From assembly GCA_041739435.1 (NCBI GenBank), contig JBGSNW010000089.1:1-37828 (forward strand): 37,828 nucleotides of DNA, given 5' to 3'. Source of the DNA: Burkholderiaceae bacterium. Its GTDB lineage: Bacteria > Pseudomonadota > Gammaproteobacteria > Burkholderiales > Burkholderiaceae_C. Below the pieces are notes generated by a model. It ran no database searches. It was given only the letters and a program-made list of their open reading frames with translations, and was not told where the DNA came from. This document shows, one piece after another, positions 34,484 through 37,828 of the stretch. The position numbers and the translations under genes are program-made. Within the stretch, counting starts at the first letter, position 1, and every line of letters starts with the position of its first letter.

Positions 34484-35299
34484 TTACCGTTTCTGACACT
34501 CCGGGCAGTAATACGTCGCTCTCTGTCCCTGCCGGATCAGCCGGATGGCGGCGGCACACGCGCGGCAGGGCTCCCCTGCCCGCCCGTACACCATGGCCTC
34601 GCGCTGAAAGTATCCGCTTTGTCCGTCGGCACTGGAAAAGTTGCGCAGCGTGCTCCCGCCTTGCTGCACTGCGCGGGCCAGCACATCCCGAACGGCCTGG
34701 TGCAAGCGGTCTGCCCGGGGCCGGGAAATCGACGATGCCCGGACTGTCGGGCGAATGCCCGCCATGAACAAGGCTTCCGATGCATAAATGTTACCAACGC
34801 CCACCACCACGTCGCCCGCCAGCAACACCTGTTTGATCGGTGCGCGGCGGCCCTTCAACCCGGCGTGAAACATTCCAGGATCAAAAGCCGCCGACAACGG
34901 CTCCATGCCCAGGCGGCTCAGCAATTTTTTTGCGGCGGGGGCGTCGTCGTCGGTCGCAAAAACCACCGCCCCGAACCGGCGCGGGTCGTGAAGCCGCAAC
35001 AGGCCACGATCGGTCAGGAGGTCAAAATGATCATGTGGCCCCGCAGGCGATCGCCTGGCGCCGAAACTCAGGCTGCCCGACATGCCCAGGTGCAGAAGCA
35101 GGATCCCCCGGTCCAGGTCCATCAAGAGGTATTTGCCCCGGCGCCGAACGCCCTGCACCACGGCACCGATCAATGCCTGTGGCGGGCACCCCAGGGGCCA
35201 GCGCAGGGGCTTGCCCAACTGGACGTCGGTCACCCGGGCCCCGGCGATGCGGTCGACGAAGCTCAGGCGGGTCACTTCGACTTCGGGCAGTTCAGGCAT
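34484..35299 (-). CDS. mutM: formamidopyrimidine/8-oxoguanine DNA glycosylase MutM (Fpg)
   Basis: The start is placed at ATG 35299, giving the invariant N-terminus MPELPEVE. The C-terminal zinc finger is [25 protein letters not shown]. The 38 upstream codons in the track ORF were rejected. Confidence 0.9.
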   Translation of the reverse strand: MPELPEVEVTRLSFVDRIAGARVTDVQLGKPLRWPLGCPPQALIGAVVQGVRRRGKYLLMDLDRGILLLHLGMSGSLSFGARRSPAGPHDHFDLLTDRGLLRLHDPRRFGAVVFATDDDAPAAKKLLSRLGMEPLSAAFDPGMFHAGLKGRRAPIKQVLLAGDVVVGVGNIYASEALFMAGIRPTVRASSISRPRADRLHQAVRDVLARAVQQGGSTLRNFSSADGQSGYFQREAMVYGRAGEPCRACAAAIRLIRQGQRATYYCPECQKR

Positions 35300-35349
35300 G
35301 AAATCAGGGCAGCGCGTCGGGTTTAAGAAGCTTGGATTATTATCATCCG

Positions 35350-37083
35350 ATGATGTTCTTACTCCGGTGGGTTGCCTTCGCGCTTGCGGCCCTCCCCCTG
35401 TTCGCGAGCGCACAGGTCAACACACCCGCCACGGGCGATCCAGCCCCGACCGAATCAGGGCTGGACAGCGAACTGTTCTACCAGTTGCTGCTGGGTGAAC
35501 TCAACGCCATTGGCGCCGATCCCGGCGCGGGGTTCTCGCTCATCCTGGACGCCGCGCGCAAGACCGGCGACCCTCTGCTGTACCAGCGAGCGGTCAATAT
35601 CGCGCTGCAGGCCCGCTCGGGCAACGCAGCGCTGGAAGCCGCCACCGCCTGGCGTGAAGCCTTGCCGACCTCGCGCGACGCCAACCGGTATGCGTTGCAG
35701 ATCATGGTGGCGATGAACCGCATCGCTGATTCGGCTGGCCCCCTCAAGGCCGCGTTGTCGCTGGCCGGGCCACGCGACCGGCCTGATGCCATCGCAGCCA
35801 TCCCGCGCGTTTATGCGCGGGCAGCCGACAAAGTCGCCGCGACCCGGGTGGTCGAGCAAGTGCTGGTTGACGACCTGATGCGCGTGGACACCGGCACCGC
35901 CGCCTGGACGGCCATCGGCCAGATGCGCCAGAGCGCCGATGAAGCCGAGGGTGCACTGGACGCCGCGCGACGCGCACTCGAGATCGACCCCACGGCCGAA
36001 ACACCGGTCCGGCTGGCGCTGGCACTCATGAGCCCCAGGCAACCCCAGGCCGAAGCCCTGGTCCGGACATACCTGGGCGGCAAGCCAACCGCCGGAATTC
36101 TCATGGACTACGCGCGCGCGCTGCTGGACGCCCAGCGTTACTCCGAAGCGTCCGTCCAGCTCCAGCGCATCACCACCGAATGGCCCGATTTCGCCGACGC
36201 CTGGCTGGTCCAGGGCAGCCTTCAGGCCCAGGACAACAAGCTGGCGCAGGCCGAAAAATCCATATCCCGCTTTCTTGAACTGGCGCGCCCCCAGCGGCCC
36301 AGCGAAGAACGCAATCGCGCCATGGCGCAGGCCTATCTGGTGCTTTCGCGCGTGGCCGAACAACGCAAGGATTTCACGGCGGCCGCGGCCTGGCTCGACC
36401 GCATCGAGACCGCGGAGGAACTGGTCGGCACACAAACCCGGCGCGCGTCCTTGCTGGCGCGGCAGGGCAAACTCGCCGAGGCCCGGCGATTGATACAGCA
36501 ACTTCCCGAACGCAAGGCGGGCGATGCACGCATCAAACTCATGGCCGAAGTGCAGTTGCTGCGCGATCAGCGGCAATTTCAGGCGGCCTACGAGCTGCTC
36601 GAGGCCGCCACCGCCAGGGACTCCAAGGACGTCGATCTGCTGTATGACCAGGCCATGGTGGCCGAAAAGCTGGGCCGCACCGACGACATGGAAAAGCTGC
36701 TTCGCAGCGTCATCGCGGCGCGCCCGGAACACCACCACGCCTACAACGCGCTGGGCTATTCACTGGCCGATCGCAATGTCCGGCTCCCCGAGGCACAGCA
36801 GCTGATCCAGAAAGCACTCGTGCTGTCTCCCGCTGACCCATTCATCCGCGACAGTCTGGGCTGGGTGGAGTTTCGCCTGGGCAACATGACGCGCGCACTC
36901 GAAATTCTGGAGGCCGCCTTCGCGGCGCGGCCCGATCCTGAAATCGCGGCGCACCTGGGCGAAGTGCTGTGGCGCAACGGCCAGCAAGAGCGCGCCCGCG
37001 GCATCTGGCGCGCGGGGCTGCAACTGAACGCCGAGAACGAGACCTTGCAGGAAACCCTCAAACGCCTGCGCGTCAAACCGTGA
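35350..37083 (+). CDS. secreted tetratricopeptide-repeat (TPR) protein
   Basis: Signal-peptide-like N-terminus [23 protein letters not shown], then repeated TPR-like helices (for example [29 protein letters not shown]). The TPR-lolB-ispE order is typical of betaproteobacteria. The track start TTG 35332 is less likely. Confidence 0.75.
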   Translation: MMFLLRWVAFALAALPLFASAQVNTPATGDPAPTESGLDSELFYQLLLGELNAIGADPGAGFSLILDAARKTGDPLLYQRAVNIALQARSGNAALEAATAWREALPTSRDANRYALQIMVAMNRIADSAGPLKAALSLAGPRDRPDAIAAIPRVYARAADKVAATRVVEQVLVDDLMRVDTGTAAWTAIGQMRQSADEAEGALDAARRALEIDPTAETPVRLALALMSPRQPQAEALVRTYLGGKPTAGILMDYARALLDAQRYSEASVQLQRITTEWPDFADAWLVQGSLQAQDNKLAQAEKSISRFLELARPQRPSEERNRAMAQAYLVLSRVAEQRKDFTAAAAWLDRIETAEELVGTQTRRASLLARQGKLAEARRLIQQLPERKAGDARIKLMAEVQLLRDQRQFQAAYELLEAATARDSKDVDLLYDQAMVAEKLGRTDDMEKLLRSVIAARPEHHHAYNALGYSLADRNVRLPEAQQLIQKALVLSPADPFIRDSLGWVEFRLGNMTRALEILEAAFAARPDPEIAAHLGEVLWRNGQQERARGIWRAGLQLNAENETLQETLKRLRVKP

Positions 37084-37577
37084 AGCGCCGTCAATGGCTC
37101 GTCGCGGCCACCTTCGCGATATCATTTTTTATAGCAGGATGCGCCCAATTGACGGGGGCTAATGGCCAAAATCATCAAAATTTCTCAGTCTGGAGCGGTC
37201 GCCTTTCACTGCACCTTGAAGAAACGCCGCCACAGTCTTTTTTTGCCGGATTCGAACTCAGCGGCAACGCAACACAGGGGGAGTTGTCTTTTTTCACCCC
37301 CGTGGGCAGCACGTTGGCGCTGCTGAGCTGGTCACCCGACAGTGCAACTCTCCGGGCCAGGGGCAGTGTCTGGACGTTCGACTCGGTGGCCGAACTGGTG
37401 CGCAGCGTCACCGGTACCGATATCCCGGTGCCCGCCCTGTTTGACTGGCTTGCGGGTGTCGCCACCGAGGTTCCCGGCTGGCAGGCGGACTTGTCCCAGG
37501 TGTCCGCCGGGCGCCTGAACGCGCACCGTACAACGCCCGAACCCGTCGCCGATCTGCGGATCGTTCTGGACCGCTGA
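37080..37577 (+). CDS. lolB: outer-membrane lipoprotein insertion protein LolB
   Basis: The GTG start overlaps the TPR gene stop (GTGA). The lipoprotein signal has the lipobox FFIAGC. The mature part WSGRLSL...GFELSGNATQGELSFFTPVGSTLA is LolB-like. Confidence 0.75.
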   Translation: MKRRQWLVAATFAISFFIAGCAQLTGANGQNHQNFSVWSGRLSLHLEETPPQSFFAGFELSGNATQGELSFFTPVGSTLALLSWSPDSATLRARGSVWTFDSVAELVRSVTGTDIPVPALFDWLAGVATEVPGWQADLSQVSAGRLNAHRTTPEPVADLRIVLDR

Positions 37578-37598
37578 ATCCCGCACCTGCAAACTCCG

Positions 37599-37828
37599 AT
37601 GAACGCGCTGTACGACGTCCCGGCACCGGCCAAGCTGAACCTATTTCTGCACATCACAGGCCGTCGGCCGGACGGCTATCACTTGCTGCAGTCGGCTTTC
37701 ATGCTCGTCGACTGGTGTGACACCCTGCATTTCGAAATCCGGCCCACCGGGCAGATCACCCGCGAAGACCAGGGCGCGACCCTGCCACCCGACGACCTGA
37801 CCGTGCGCGCCGCCCGCGCCCTGCAGGC
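37599..37828 (+). CDS. ispE: 4-diphosphocytidyl-2-C-methyl-D-erythritol kinase, N-terminal part (3' end lies outside the window)
   Basis: ATG 37599 opens [45 protein letters not shown], the conserved IspE N-terminus. The frame is open to the window edge, so it is absent from the ORF track. Confidence 0.85.
   Translation, partial: MNALYDVPAPAKLNLFLHITGRRPDGYHLLQSAFMLVDWCDTLHFEIRPTGQITREDQGATLPPDDLTVRAARALQ

Noticed and set aside
32800-34767. 655-aa plus-strand ORF opposite the dynamin-like gene and mutM.
   Set aside because: Antisense GC-rich artefact. The minus strand carries clean GTPase motifs and the Fpg zinc finger, while this frame has no motifs and a biased R/G/A/P/H composition.

Overview
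This is a GC-rich chromosomal segment with strong GC3 bias. Protein sequences and gene order suggest a Burkholderiales/Comamonadaceae-type betaproteobacterium (inference only). No composition was computed and no database was searched.

Layout, left to right:
1. Flagellar filament genes: the 3' end of flagellin fliC, then fliD-fliS-fliT ending in a clear intrinsic terminator.
2. An orphan 109-aa ORF with a strong RBS.
3. fliE, divergent from an ~11 kb fliFGHIJKLMNOPQR operon with many ATGA/GTGA start-stop overlaps.
4. A convergent minus-strand chemotaxis operon: cheZ-like, cheY, cheA, Aer-type receptor, cheR, cheD, cheB. A good sigma-28-type promoter match lies upstream.
5. A four-gene cytoplasmic signalling module: a REC-HisKA_3 kinase plus NarL-type regulator, convergent with a PAS hybrid kinase plus Hpt protein.
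6. One tRNA with a CAU anticodon.
7. A housekeeping block: hrcA, nadK-recN-rapZ, mutM-dynamin-like GTPase-mutY, TPR protein-lolB-ispE.

I saw no CRISPR array, transposase, integrase, phage gene or recognisable defence gene, and I cannot point to an unambiguous new system.

The observations most worth a second look are:
- A dynamin-family GTPase translationally coupled to mutY and sandwiched between the two 8-oxoguanine glycosylase genes.
- A che operon with no cheW, a 139-aa mini-CheZ-like gene at its head, and a near-identical C-terminal ...ELF peptide shared by the CheZ-like protein and CheD.
- An Aer-type receptor split by a +1 frameshift in the membrane hairpin.
- The hybrid kinase/Hpt/REC-kinase/NarL cascade.

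Many long ORFs in the six-frame track are antisense artefacts of the high GC content and were rejected.
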